Part shown: positions 35,518 through 49,500 of the stretch, piece by piece
Layout: every line of letters begins with the position of its first letter
Numbering within the stretch: position 1 is the first letter of the stretch
DNA from: Camelus ferus
Taxonomy: Eukaryota
Assembly (NCBI RefSeq): GCF_009834535.1
Contig: NC_045696.1
Span: forward strand, 930,001-994,000
Length of the DNA stretch: 64,000 nt
Direction of reading: 5' to 3'
The notes under the pieces: model-generated
The model's database searches: none
Told to the model about the DNA's origin: nothing
What the model saw: the letters and a program-made list of their open reading frames with translations, nothing else
Made by a program: the position numbers and the translations under genes

Positions 35518-38500
35518 CAGGGGCTTGTTTTTAAAGCCTGGAAATGAAATTAAGTGAGCACTCGCAGCTTGGAAGAAGAGCCCGGGGGACGAGCCGTCTG
35601 AGGGCTCACCTGGACCGCCACCCTGACCCCCCGCCTGCGGGTTCCCTGAGTCCAGGGCAGGCCAGGCGTGCGTCCCCTGGGTCTGCCGCACAGACCCCAG
35701 CCTGTGCCCACTCGGCCCAGCCAGCGCCTGGGGGTCTCCCCAGATTGGAGCTCACTGGTCTGGCTCCGGAGCGTCTGCCGGGGCCTCTGGTCCCTGTGGG
35801 CCTGGGGGGCTGAAGTGCCCATGCTCTGCGCTAAAGGGGAGAGCTGTGGGCGACCCTCTGTGCCTCGGGAGGGGACAGCTGGATGTGGACCCCCACTCCT
35901 GCCCTGCACCATCCACCTCTGCCCGGAAGTCCCTGGGGCTGGGCCTCCGGGAGCGGATCAGGTCCACTGAAGCTGCCCCCACAGTTCGGCCAGAAGGGAC
36001 CGCACAGCCCAGGAACGGTGGCTCCCGGTCCCCTGACCCTTGCTCACAGTCTCTAAGTGCAGGAAGCAAAAGCCGCAGCGTCAGAGGCAGGAATCACCCA
36101 GCCGGGCAGAGCACTCGAGACGTCGCCCGTGACAGCAGATGGACGGGCAGAGAGCGCGCGGGCAGAGAGCGCTCGATTAAACAGCCGCCTCGCCAACGCA
36201 GAAGCAGCTCCCCTCGGCGGGGAGGCAGCCGGACCACGCGTCACACCCGGCGCAGCCCTGCAGGCCAGCGGCCGCGCGGGCCAACGCTCCTGCGGCGAAG
36301 TCACCCCGCGCTCCTGGGACCAGCCCATCTGATCGCAGGGTGTCAGTTTTTAATTCATTGTCAGGTTCATGCAGCCACTTTTGTAATTTTAGATTTTGCA
36401 CCCTTCTTCACAAGTAAATTTGCTGATGATGTTCCTTTGCCGTGGAACGGATCCCACACGTGGTGGCCGCACCCCTCCCCACCGTGAGGGGCTCCTTCGG
36501 GCTTCGTTTGTGGCCACAAGTGTGTCAAGGCTGGCTTGGACGTGGAAGGTAAGGTTCACGGCCTCCTTTTCCTTACTATTTCAAGCGCTGTGGTAACAAG
36601 CACCCTCGGGTATACCTATGTGTGTGCGTGTGTGAACCTCTCTGCGTGTGCATGTGCGTGTGCGTGAGTGCAAATGCTTCTCCAGAGCAAATGCTGAAAG
36701 CAGAAAGCACAGCTCCGGGGGGGAGGGGCGTGCCTGCTGGGTTCCCACCCGGACGTCTGGAGGTCAGAGGTGGAGAGGAGGGCCCGGACTTCTCCAAGCA
36801 GCACGGTGAATAAGGACGCACCCAGAAGAAAGGCTGGCCTCCCCCGGGGCCCAGAAGTTCAGGGACAGGGAGGCCGGGTGGGCCGGTGTCTCCACATCGG
36901 GGCCCTAAATGGTGTGGGGAGGACAGGCCGGCTGGTGGCAGCTGACCCTGGGGCACGATGCGGGCTCCTGGCCCCCCTGGTCACCAACTGGAGCCAACCA
37001 GACCTGAACGTGGAAGGGACCCAGTGGGCCTCTGGGGTCCCCGGGTCACTGCTAGGCCACCACAGAGAGAGACAGAGCACAGGACACCGAGGGAGGGAGG
37101 GAGGGAGGAGGCGGCTCCGTCTAAGTGGCTGTATAAATACAGCCCATCTGGGCCTTTCTGCCAGCTGAGAGCGGACCCCTCCTCCCTCCTGGACGCGTGT
37201 CTGTCTGGGTCTTCAGGACCCTGCGGACACTTGACTCCACGCGCCTCCGGAGACCCGGCCCACGGAGGGCCGTCCTCCAGCAGAGCCCTTTCTCCCTCAC
37301 ACCAGAACTGAGCCCGTCGGGGTGCCCTTTGGCTCGCCTTCAAAGGGCTTCCACACTCCACCCCAGCCCCCTCAGAGCCTTTAGCTGCAGCCCTGGTCCA
37401 AGCCCTCTTTAGGTTTCTGGATTATTCCCAGAGCCTAGTAATTGTTCCCCCCGGGCACCCCGTCACCCTACAGTCTGCCCTCAGCACAGCCACCAGGAAG
37501 ATCCTCCCGAAAACCGAAGTCAGGTGAGACCCCCCTGCTCAAGACCCCATCAGTGCCCGAGTCCTCCCTGAGCCCACGGGCCCCAGGTGTCCGGGCGCCC
37601 ACTCCAGCCGCCCTGGCCCTGCCGCGCCGGGGCCATGGCTCACACCTCATCCTGCTCAGAGACCGTTCCCAGCCCCGACCTGGCGAGCCCTCTGCCCCAG
37701 CCCCAGAGCCCCCAGCAAGCCCGTAGCCGCCTCCAGCCAGTAGAAGCAGAGCCCCGCACCCCTCGCCCAGGCAGGGCCCTGGCAGCTTTTTCACTGTTGT
37801 CCCAGCATGTGGAGCCCCCACCCCGAGAGCAGGTGTTCAGGCGGGTCATGGTGAAGCCCACCTGCTGGAGACCCTCCTGGACCTGCCCCCCTGCCCCTGC
37901 CCGACAGACAGTGCAGGGAGCAGAGTCCCCCTGCCCCGCCCCTGCCCCGTCCTCGGCTGCCAGGCAGCACCCGGCCCAGGAAAGAGGCACTCACCCTACT
38001 GGTGGCCTCTGTGGGTGGCCTGCTCCCAACGCAGTGGTAGCGGGGGGCAGCTGGGTGGGTTCCTTCCTGCTCCCAGCAGGGGGAGGGAAAAGCCGTCAGG
38101 GCGTAGGGTCTGCAGCCGGGACAGCAGAGAGGGAGGGACAGTATCGGCGAGATGGTCCTCCCTGTGCCAGAGCCCCCAGGGAAGACCCCTGGGCTGTGAG
38201 CTATGGGAAGAGGCAGGTCCTGGGCCAGAGGGGGCGGCTGTCCAACCCCAGCAGGTAGCCCGGAGATGGGGAGGCAGAAGACCCCGGCTCTGGACAGGGC
38301 AGCCTGGGCTCTGTCCCTTACCCTGGAGCCCGGTCATGGGTCCTCTCCTGCCTGAGGCTCCCTGGGGCTGCCTCTACTGCCCCCTGCTCCCCCAACCGGA
38401 GTCTTCCTCTCAGAGGCCCTGGGCGCCTAGGCACAGCCTCCCCGCCGGCCCAGCGTGGCTTTCAGTCTGGCGGGAGCACAGAACTTTCTGCCTCCCCGTC

Positions 38501-40774
38501 CGGCCGTCCTGGCAGGGCTGGGGAATGGGTGTTTGATCGGACCATGCCAACGTGCCAGACTGCGTTTGCAGCCGGGGGTGACAGGCAGAAGGAGGGCAAT
38601 TTCTGACCCGTCTCTGCGGAAATCCCTGCTGGCCCCACTAAAAAGGCAGGTGGGGGCACCTGGGGGCTCCAAAGCAGGAGAGTGGGCTTTGTCCCTGGAT
38701 CCCAGAACGTGACATCCTGGGAAGGGTGCAGCCCCCAGAGGACAGGGAGGGCCCCACCAGAATGAGGCAGGCAGGCTGGGAGGCCAGAGTCCCACCCCAG
38801 CCCCATCCCTCCCAGCTGGCTGTGGTCACCACTGTGAAGGAGGGGTGGGCAGTGCGGCCGGGCGCCGCCGGCTCTGAGCAACGTGCACGGAGCCCTGAGG
38901 CTCCAAAGCAGGTTGGCTAGGTTTTCAGCTCAGCTGCCACCTGCCCAGCACAGCCCACAGAGCGGGACTTCAGGAAGGCCTGGCTGAGCCCTGCGCTGGG
39001 CCCGGTGACCGCGGCTGGATGTCCAGCCTTGTGAGCCCCGCCTTCCCCACGCGGGAAACGGGCAGAGAGCAGCTATGGAAAGTCAGGCGGTCTCCCCAGC
39101 GGCTGCTCCTTCTCCAGGGCGGTAAGCGCCCCCTCCCTCTGCATCTCCTCCAGGGGTGAGTGGGAAGGGAAGCAAGTGCGGGCTCTGCCCACCCAAGACC
39201 CCTCCCATACGGAGCACAGACATCTCGGCAAATGTGCGTCACAATATTTTTAAAGCAAGGCTGAGCTGGCCGTGGGCAAGGGAAGCTGTGAGAATCCAGA
39301 AGCAACTCCGTGAGACAGCAGCAGGGTCAGAGGGCCCTTGTGACCTGGAGCCCGGATTGGAAGAGGTCCTAGTGGGGGAGGGGGAGCCTGCGGCCTGGGC
39401 AAGGCCAGGGTCCAGACAGAGACCCCCACGCCGCACCAGGTGTCCTGGAGAACCTCATGCTCAGAGGAGGACACTTCAGTTCGTCGCTCTCAAGGGCAAG
39501 AGGGACTGCGCCTGAGGAAACACCTTCCTGGAGGCAGCGCAGCGCTTCGCGGACTGGGAATTGCTTAGATGGTGGCATCCGGGGCTTTGCGCTGGTGCCA
39601 TGATGGGGTGAGACGGGGGTTGCTGGGGTTTGCATACGGAAGGGACATTAACACTGTGGTCAGAGTGGACTGTGACACACCGCAGTTCTCGGAGGTGGCC
39701 GAGAAGTGTCCGAAGCCCGCACGACGGCACTTGTCGCACCCTCAGGAGTCGGGGCTACTTCTCCCCCTTCCAGACAGCCAGGAGGACACGAGCTCGTGGC
39801 GCCCTGAGACGGGCGTGCAGGGGAAGACTCACGCGTGAGCTCAGGGAGACGACGCTGGCCCGGGTGGGGGGGGCGCTTTAGCGGTGGCCGTGTTTTCTGG
39901 GAGACTTGCAACAGGATCAGATGCTTCGGGTTTACCGTATTTTAACTGTACTCTGTTCTCCCGACATTTACAAAGAAGCCTTAACAAACGACGCTGCGTG
40001 TTTAGAGGTATTTCCTTAAAAGACCCGCAGTCCCTCGGGCCGGGTCCCACGCTTCCTTCACTCCACCCCAGCAACCGTGCAGCGGGCTGTCCTTGACAGT
40101 CTTGACCACCCAGAGGGACAGGAAGGTGGGCAGCCCATCGCATGCATGAGCTTGGGTTTTCAAAGTTCCCGCCCGGTGTAAACACTCACTCTGCTGTTCA
40201 CACAGACGCTTCGTTTCGGTACAAACCCCTCCCCCAGGAGAACAGATGTCAGGGAAGGTCTGCAGCCCAGCGTGGGGCCAGGGTTACGCAGGCCCTTGAG
40301 TGTCCTGGCTCCTGGCCGAGGTCTCCTGGGGGAGAAAATGCAAAAGGAGTCCCTAACGGGAACCGGGACCCGGGATCACAGGTGAAAAGGCCCGGCTGAG
40401 GCAGTGGGGAGGGGAGCCCTGCACAGCCAGGGGCACTCTGGATGGGGGGTCCTGGCTGCAGGCGGCCTTGCTGCCAGGACAGCAGGGTCCAGCGGCCAGC
40501 AGCTGTGCGGGCAGCGCTGGAGCCAGGGTGGGAGCCCCACAACCACTCGGCTCAGGTTGAGATGGGGGAAGGCCACAGCGAGGTGCCCGGTCGGGGGGTG
40601 GGCGCCGCGTGGGAAGACGGGGGGGACGCAGATGGAGCAGGGAGGGTCCCTGGGGGTGTGGGGTGCAGTGTGCATGTGTTGGGGGGTGTATGCATGTGTA
40701 TGGGGGCTTGTCTGTGTGTGTGGTTTGCATGGCAGAGGTGTCAGAGTGTGTGTGTGTGTATGTTGGGTGGGAAG

Positions 40775-41090
40775 GGTACTGGCATGAATGGTGGCCCCAA
40801 AGTTCATGATCACCCAGAACCTGTGAATGTGGCCTTTTTTGGAAACAGGATCTTTGCAGATGTCATCAAGATATGATGAGGTCACACTGAAGGAGACTGT
40901 CCTGATAAGCAGAGGGAATCTGGACACAGAGACACAGACACAGACACCGGGGAAGGTCATGTGAAGATGGCAGCAGAGGCTGCGGTGAGGCAGTCTGGAG
41001 CCCAGCAGCACCAGCAGCACCAGAAGCCAGGAGAGTCAGGAAGGACCCTCCATGGAGCCTCTGGAGGGAGGGCAGCCCTGCCACACCTGT
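40775..41090 (+). mobile_element. MaLR LTR (MLT1B/C-like)
   Basis: atgaatggtggccccaaagttcatgatcacccagaacctgtgaatgtggccttttttggaaacaggatctttgcagatgtcatcaag. Confidence 0.8.
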
Positions 41091-43499
41091 GTAAACACGT
41101 CTGGTATGTGTGTGCAGGTGTGCATGGGCTGTGTGCCAGGTGTCGATGTGTGTGTGTTCGAGGGTGTGTGCACGGGGAGGTGCAGGTGGGAAGCACGTCT
41201 GGGGGGGGTGTTGCACGTGCATGGGCTCTGTGCGTGCAGGAGGGTTTGCATGTGAGTGCTGGTGTGGCGTGTGCGAACGTTGACAGAATCCTAAGACCAC
41301 AACCATAAGGGAAGTTTTATGCACCTTGTTCAACAAGACGACAGCAGCCACAGGCTAGGGGGTGTGAGGGAGGGGGCCGGGCTGTCGGGAGGAGCTCTTC
41401 AGCACATCACTCATCCAAACTGCCGAGATGCAGAGCAGCCTCACACGGCGCCATCCCACGGATGCGTGGGAGTGACACGTGTGCGCACGCCCATACCCGA
41501 TGCTGTGCGTTTCTGAAAGGTCACACGTGGTCACAATAGTGGGGAGAGATCTGAAGTCTGCGTGGGAGGGGCAGACAGAAACCTGCATCTAATTTATTCC
41601 CTTTGCTGTGTTTAAATGTTTTTAGTTTTGTACCAATTTAAAAAAAAAGAAGGAAATAAAAAAGAAAATCCGTTCAAAAGTCTGATTAGCTAATTCTCCT
41701 TGCTAAAGGTTTCCCGTTGGTTTCCCAATTGCTGAGTCAAATCAAATTGGTGGTAGAATTAATTGCTCCAAGTCTATTTTCAATGGAAAGAATAAAGTTT
41801 TTAGACATCGATCCGTTTATTATGAAAATCGTCAAAACACAAAAATTGTGGAGAAGAAGCTTGAGTGAACTTTCTGCACCACTTTTTAAAAACCTCTTTG
41901 CCCCCGAGAATTCTCGCAGCCCATCCCTCTCGCGGCCCGAGCTCCGGGGCTGGATTGAGACCCAGACAATCCTCGACCCAGTGGTCGTAAACCGTCCAGG
42001 CCCCTCACGCCTGCTCCCACAAACAGCACCTCACTGCAGGAGAGATCACGCCGCCTCGGTTCCTGGTCTCACAAGGAACACCCACACCTGGGTTCAGATT
42101 CCGTCCACATTGGAGCGGGTGGGGCGTGGGCGCGTCCCGCACAAGTGTAGATAGTTCCCACCTGGGGGCCCCTCCTGCACATCTCCCCTCCCCACGCCCC
42201 CACCGGCTCCCTCTGTTCCTTCCTCCAGCAGGCGCCTCACTCCCAGACCCCAGTGTCTCTTGTCTTCCCCCCAGCCTCCCACCACATCAGTCCCCTGTCT
42301 TCCGGCTGTGACACCCCCCACCCTGCGTGCAGGTGGCCTGGAGCCTGGTCTCCCCAGTGGGACATGGCAGGAGAGCATGTGCCACGCGGCCAAGGCCTTA
42401 AGGAGCAGCCGAGTGGCCTGCAAGTCCCCAACCCCTGAGTGATGCAGGGAGGATGGGGTACGAGGTGGAGGCCCAAACCCTACGCGGAAGATGGCATCCA
42501 GCGGCAGGGAGCGGTCTGGGGCCACAGGCGTGGGGAGCCCTCTGCTGTGCTTGAGCCTGGGCACATCTGAGCCCGTCCGTCGCGCCCTCGCCCGTCCTGG
42601 AGGCACACAGGGCCTCCACGAGGGGTTGTGGACGTTGAAGCTGAGCCCCGTGTGGCTGGCGGGTCGGGTCCGGGTGCTCCCTCGGGATGGGGCAGGCCCA
42701 CTGACCCCATGGGGTCTGCAGGAAGACCCAGAGGGGGCCTCACACTCGCCCTGCCCGTGCTGAGCCTGGCGGTGGCCCGGGGCTGCCGACCAGCTTGGAA
42801 GACGAGCCTTTGTCGAGGGTGACGCTGCAGAGGCCCAGAGTCCGCACAAGGGCCCAGCCCAGGGGCACGAGTGCCCCTCCCTGGGCCCCCTGGGCCCCCT
42901 CCTTGAGCTGCAGCCTAGGAGGGGACCTGAGTGGGACGGCAGTGGTGCCAAGTGGGAAGGGACCCGGGTCCTGTCCACGCATCTTGGGGTTGGGGGTGGG
43001 ACGAGACCCATGTGTAGATCAGATGCCCTGAAGACGCGGCTCTTGGCCCAGAGCTCACGGCTGAGTGGGAGGGAGGCAGCAGGGGACGGTGAGTGAACAC
43101 CTCCAGCCAGTGACTAAGGCCTGTGTGAGGAGCCCCTCGGGGCCCCAGACGGCTGCAGAAACAGGCACGGGGCCGCCTGGGGTTAAGCAGCACGACAGAG
43201 ACGGCGCCGCTGCACTTGCCAAGGTGGCCGGTCTGACTCGGGGCCACGTGGCGTCCCCATCCATCCCCTCCAGCCTCAGGGGCCTGGCCAGTCGCCCCTG
43301 TCCCATGGCTCACAGGGTCAGCTGCCCCTCGGACTCTCCATCAGGAAGCTGACCTTGCTCGCGCTTCCTCGTTAAGGACCTTGATAAAGCAAGCAATTCA
43401 CAAGGGGGCCAAGCAGCAGCTTCAAGGAAGTGTGGCTGGTGGGGCAAGCCGGCCGTACCCAGGGACGCTAGGCAGGGAGCCCCCAGCCTCCCTGAGAGG

Positions 43500-43846
43500 A
43501 GGCCCCGCGACAAAGTGCCACAGACCGGGGCTCAGATGGCAGCAGCTATCTCCCCTGCAGTCGAAGGCTGGACGTCCAAGGCCACAGTGTCGGCGAAGCC
43601 CCTCTCCTGGGCGCGTAGATGCCGTCTTCCCTTACGTCCCCACCTGGTCACCCCTCTGTGTCTCTGTGTCCTGATCACCTCTTCTCCTAAGGACACCATT
43701 CCTGTGGGATCAGCACCCACCCGAGTGACCTCATTTCAACTTAATTACCTCTGTAAAGACCACATCTCCAATTACGGTCAAATTTCAAAGTGCTAAGGTT
43801 AGGGCTCCAGCATGTGAACTTAAGGGGCACAGCTCAGCACAATGAC
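43500..43846 (-). mobile_element. MaLR LTR (MLT1B-like)
   Basis: ctgtgtctctgtgtcctgatcacctcttctcctaaggacacc...gacctcatttcaacttaattacctctgtaaagacc...ggttagggctccagcatgtgaac. Confidence 0.8.
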
Positions 43847-46800
43847 CCCAAATCTATCCTCTGAGGCTGAGGGCAGGACCAGGGTCCCACAGGGGGGGAC
43901 CACGTCACCTCCACCCTGCTGCCCGCTGGCCTTGCTCCAGACAGACAGGGAGTCTGGACGCTTCTGGAGTGCAGATCACACCAGTCACGCCAGCCCCAGG
44001 GCTGTTACAGACTCACCAGACGCACCGAAGCCTGGAGGCCAGAAGCCAGCCGCACGCCCAGCGCCCCATGCAGCCTGCCAACTCACTGCTTTCGGGGTTC
44101 ACACGTTCACAGGTGGCACCTTTGCACGGGTGGTGGGGGTGGGCTGTGCTCTGGTTCCAGGCACTCAAAGGTATATACGCTGGGGGGTGAGCCCCGCCCG
44201 GTGCGCCCACGCCTACGCCGTGGGGCCCGCTGGCCCTCCCCACTGCCCCGCTGGGCCCACCGCACTCCCACCGCCACACAGGCACCCCCACCCTCTACAC
44301 GCTCCATGTATCCAAGCTCCTCCAGGATTTAGAACCCTCTGCGTCTCCCGCCAGCCTGGGCCCACTCAGTGCTTTAATTACTTGTAAAATCATAAATAAA
44401 GTGAAGAATTTTCAGCTTGAAGAAAATGTTTTCTTGTATAATATAAATACATTGGTCTTTGTACAAACAGCTGTAACATAGAACTCTCACTATTTTTTCT
44501 GGAGTGGGTCCTAGGAAGCCAGGAGCCCCTCGGGCCCTGTGGGGTCCCGGCAACGCAGCCCCGTGGGCTGCAGAGTATGTGCAGGTGGGATGCTCGCCCC
44601 GGCTCCCAGGTTCCCAGCATGTGGCAGGAGCCAAAAGCCACATGTCGAAGCAAATTTCTCCAACTCTTGTTAAACCGAGTTCAGGGAAACTTTTTGATTC
44701 TGAGACATCCCCGTGGGACGAGGCCACAGCTGCTGCTTCTTCCCTGCAAATAGGTGCAAATCACTCCTGGGCCCAGGAGAGGCGGGCACAGCTGGCAGGG
44801 TCCAGAGCCAGGAGGCAGGGTGCCAGCTCCCCAGCCTTCACGGGGGTGGGGGTGCTCGGGGGGCTGGGAGACAGCTAATGGGCAGGGGGTGCCTGCACCT
44901 ACCTGAACCCCCAGGGGCCCCCCTGGAGCAAAGCCACGCCATCTGGGGAGATGGACCAACCCGGGGCAGGAAGGAAGGAGCTGCGGTCTTGCGGGGAGGG
45001 GCGTGTGGCTGGGGTGTCCCCTGACTCAGCCTGCCCTGTGTCTCTGATTCTAGAAGGATGCTCTGCCAGACCCGAGAGGCTGCACTGTCCCCCAGAGGAC
45101 AGGGCCCTTATTCACCCCATCCCAGCGGAGAGATGTGAGGGGAGGAAGGACACTGGGAGCCCTGAGCTTTGGTACCGCTCTGGCCGGGAGGCCACATCTG
45201 ACTGTGGAGTGCAGCCCCGCCCCTGCGTGGCACTGGATCATGCTACAGTCCTCCAGCCCGAAAACGGCGCTGGGGCACTGGTCTCTCTCGAGGGGCCTCT
45301 TTACTGAAATCAGTAAGACGGGCGCTGAGCTCCTGCCCACGGAGGACACGTGGGTTCTGAAAGCTCCAAGGTCCCAGTCCTGGCTGGGTCCCCTGCTGAG
45401 ACCAGCCCCCACCCAGGAGCCCCCCAACCCCACAGTCGCCTCATTAGGACACCAGACAGTCCCAGTGCTCATGTCACTTGGGAATTTGCAAGGCTTTCGG
45501 GAGCCCCGTGTCAGGAGCCGGGGGCAGAGACCGACACCTGTGCTCCCTCCCACCGCACACCCGGCCCCGGCAAGCATCCCAGGTGAGACCCCCGAGGTGA
45601 CACCTTTCGTGTGAGGCCCTGGCCTGACCTCTGGGGACACAAGGGGCATCTCGCCTCCCTGGGAAGGCCTGGGTCCCCACCAAGTGTCCCATCAGCCCTG
45701 CTGCCCTGATTCCAGTAAAACGAGTCTGCAGTTCATGGCCCACGAAAACCAGGAGTTCCCACCTCGTTGCAGGGACTCCAGTTAAACTGTGGGTGGCTGA
45801 GGGGTAGGGGGTGAGGGCGAAGAGCGAGCTGGGGTCTCCAGGAAGAGGGGGCCCCTTCCTGGTCTCAGTAAGAGGAGGACAAAACAACGGCAGAAAGATG
45901 TTGTTCTTGTGGAAGGTGGATAGTCCAGCCAAGCTGCCTCCCCCAGGAGGGAAGGAGGGCAGAGACGCAATTAGCTAATGGAACACGGGACAGGCGCCAT
46001 GTCCCGCCACCCAGGAGCCTCCACGCTGGAATGCAAATCAGCTCGGAGAAGCTCCGGTCGAAATAGCGATGACCCCAAAGCCCCACTCACAGAGCTGGAC
46101 AGATGGACTCACGCGGGGGAGGGCACAGGGAGGAGCCGGCTCCTGTGGCCTGCGTGGGCCTGGAAGTCGCAGGACAGAGCTTGTCCCCGCCTCCCGAGGG
46201 CCCGTCCTGGGACCACTCACCCTGGGGCACCAGGGCCGGGGACAAGCAGGGAAGTCAAGGGCCTTCCTGCAAACCCAGGGGCCCAGCCCAGGGGGGGCGG
46301 CTCCCTGCCCTCAACGCTCAGTGAGGGTGGGGGAAGGACTCACTCCCCCACAAACACACCCAGGGCAAAGGTCAAGGCCACGATGAAGCTCCGGCAAAGC
46401 TGACAGCCCCCGGAGGCGGGGCACGATGTGCACCTGGGTTGGAGTGGGCGTGGGAGGTCTTTGAGACTGGGGCGGGGGCTTGGGGCTTCTGCTTGGCCAG
46501 CAAGAAGGTCAGGGGAGGGGCCGAGCAACCCTGTTCCCCATGGGGCCTCCCTGGTGAGGAGTCAGCTTCAGCATGTCTCCAGGGCAGGACTCCACAAGGG
46601 TCCGTCTGCCCAGGGGTCCGTCGAGGCATCGTGCCCTGCAGGGGGACGCCGGGCTGTCTGCTGTCAGGGGAGGACACTGAGAAGACCGAGGTCTGGCTCC
46701 TGGCATGTGTCTGAGAGACGCTGACGCTTCCCACACGGGGTGGGGCTGTTGAAATCACCCTGGTGAGCCTGGTGCCCGCGGCTGCAGAGGCTGGAAATGC

Positions 46801-47998
46801 AGGTTCCTGGCCCGCGGTGGCACCAGGAGCCGGCACTGTTCACAAGCCCCCACGGGGTCTTGCCACCAGCAGTCGCTTGGAAAACGGACACCAGGCTCCC
46901 CAGGCTGGCGAGTGCGTGTGTTCCCAGGAAACCAGCAGAAGGTGACCACCCTTCTCTGCATGACCCGGCCTTCGGTGGGCACATCTGCAGGGTGACCAGC
47001 CAGGACTCAGGGAAACGCAGGCGTCCAGCTTGGATGCTCCTTCTAGAGTGGTTCCTGCCTTGGGGCCCGCATGAATCCTGGGGTCCTTCTTGGTTCTCTG
47101 TATTCAGAAAAGAAACAGCAGTTAGAAGTCACAGCCAAATCTGTTCACCGCGTCCGGAGGCCCGGACGGAGGTTTCCCTAGCGTCCAGGCCCCTGGCGCA
47201 CCTGAGCCTCAGTCACTCCCTCCGCCCCGCATGGGCCTCTGTCCAGGCAGGTCCTGCCCGGACACCCCTCCCGGGTCCGGGCTTTGCCTGTGGCACCAAG
47301 TAGCAGCCCCTGGTCTGAGACGTCTGTGCCTGGGGTTGCAGCATGAAATGCTCGGAGAGCTTGCAGGGGGTACTGTGTCCAGCACAACCCTGACCTCAGA
47401 GCCCTGCCCCAACGAGGGTCTCTCACCACCTTCCTGGGCAGCACCCTGGATGCCCCAGGGGGTGTGAGCCCCTGCGAGCACTGGTCTGGCCCCGGAGGGA
47501 CCACCAGCTCAGGACCCCTGGCACGCGTGACCTCCCCAGGCCTCCCCGTCCTTTCTGGATGGTTGAGAAAAGGGAAACCATCCTCGGGGACCCTGCTCAG
47601 AGGCCGTTGGAGGCAGGCACAGCTGTGAAGTGCTGCGTTTCAACAGCAGGACGGAGGTCACGGGCCAGGCTGCTGTGGGCTCTGGGTCCAGGCAGGGTGC
47701 TCAGGAAGACGTGGCAGGAGCAGACCCAGAACCCTGGAGGTGCCAGTGTAGATGCCCACACTGCCCTGTGGGGCGCGTGTTGGGCTGGAGAGGCTGAACC
47801 CCTGCTTGGGAACACAGGCGAGTTTCTGTCCACACCTGCCTGGCTGTGAACTGAACAAGGGCACAGCCCTGCCACCCCCTAAGCCCCGATGCTTCCCCAG
47901 GCTGGGGCCCAGTTACCATGTGGAAGGATGAGAAGTGAGTCACAGAGGAGCGGCAGGCCGGGGCAATGAGGATTCCCAGCCCATCCCACCCCTCCTGC

Positions 47999-47999
<1 letters not shown>

Positions 48000-48037
<38 letters not shown>
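48000..48037 (+). repeat. (CA)n microsatellite
   Basis: Perfect run of about 18-19 CA units. Confidence 0.95.
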
Positions 48038-48040
<3 letters not shown>

Positions 48041-48906
48041 GGATTGCTGAGTCCTGGACAGACCCGATCACCCAAATCCCACGGAGCACCAGGAGGTTCT
48101 GGCAGCTTTGCGTCCTACAGACGCCCACCGGGGGATGTTGGAGCCTCACCAGCAGCAAATGGGGCCCTGCCAGGTGACGACCCCAGAAGTCGCTGCCCCA
48201 GCTGTCCACACACAGCCCGTCTGCCCGATGCTCCCGCGGCACCTAGGCGCCCGGACAGAGGGGTCACCTGGCTGACGGTTCTCCCTAAGACAGCGTGTGA
48301 GTGGAGGAAAGCAGGGGAAAGTCCTGGCCTCTCAGTCTGCGGCCAGTTGTGTCATCCGTCCACCAAGTCCACATGCACCTAGGGGACTCCCGGCCACCTG
48401 CGTGCCCCCAGCCACGCCCTCTCCAGCCCCAGTTCCCAGAATGGCAACAAGCACCTGGGGGGGGGGGGGTCTCTCTCCCAGAAAAAAGATGGAAATTAAA
48501 GTCTGTGATGTCACCGTTGTCCTCAGAAAGTCACAGCAGGGTCTCTGCACCTTCTGGGCAAGACAACTGCAGCACCTTGACAACACTCAGGCCACACTCA
48601 CAGAGCCCAAGACTGATGCGCCGAGACCCGGGGGAAGCAGAAACCGCCGCCACCACCAGCTGGACTCAGGCTGCCGTCCTACTGTCCCTCACGTCTGCCC
48701 CAAAGCCCGTGGGCGCCTCTCCCTCACGACCGCAGCCAGAGCTGTGCCTCCGCTGGGAAGGAGCCCGCAGCGGGCGGAAGGGCTGGGCGTCCAGCTGCTT
48801 AGGGCCAGGAGGTCGTCCCAGGACAGAGGCAGGCTTGTGGCAGGGGTGGTGGCTCATGACAGGCCCGAGGCAGGTGGCCTGGGGCGTGCAGGTCACTCCC
48901 TTATTT

Positions 48907-49500
48907 TGTTGTCCAACCCAAGTCTGTGTGCCCAGTGCGTGGCAAGGCCAGACAAACCGAAACATCAGAGTTCGGAGCAGAGAAAGGTCTATTGCAGGGC
49001 CAAGCAGGGAAAACGGACAACTCCCTGATGGCTTCCAGGGAAGGGCTTTTGAAGGCGAGATTTGGGCTGAGGGCTGCGGGGTGTGTGAGCTTGCTCTGGG
49101 TGGTGGAGTTCCAGGAATCTCAGTCGCCAGCCTTCTGGCTCCATCCAGACCAGGGCTGCGCGCTCACGGTCATCACGCAGTTAACTTCCTCCATCTGGTG
49201 GGGTTTAGCGTCTGCAGAACAGCTTGGGAGCGTGCGTCAGACACTGTTACGTGGGCACTTCAGGGAGGAACTAAAGGTTCTGCCACGTGGCTGATTTACT
49301 ATTTAAATTGTCACCAGTGCTCCTGGCCCAGCTGCTATTTTTGTTTCTACACGTTCGCATCCTTTCAGTCGTTAAGAGCCAGGCTTTGTGGCTCAAGGGA
49401 GGCCTGAGAGGCAACGGCACTTCTGCAAATGAGAGGCAGGCAGAGGACGGACGGGGAGGAGGGGTGATCCGGGGAGGCGCACCTGGGTCCTGCTCAGTTA
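48907..49500 (-). mobile_element. ERV1-type solo LTR
   Basis: Starts tgttgtccaacccaagtc...aaaccgaaacatcagagttcggagcagagaaaggtctattgcagggcc (decayed reverse AATAAA) and ends gggtcctgctcagtta. The layout matches cetartiodactyl ERV1 LTRs as I recall them. Confidence 0.7.
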
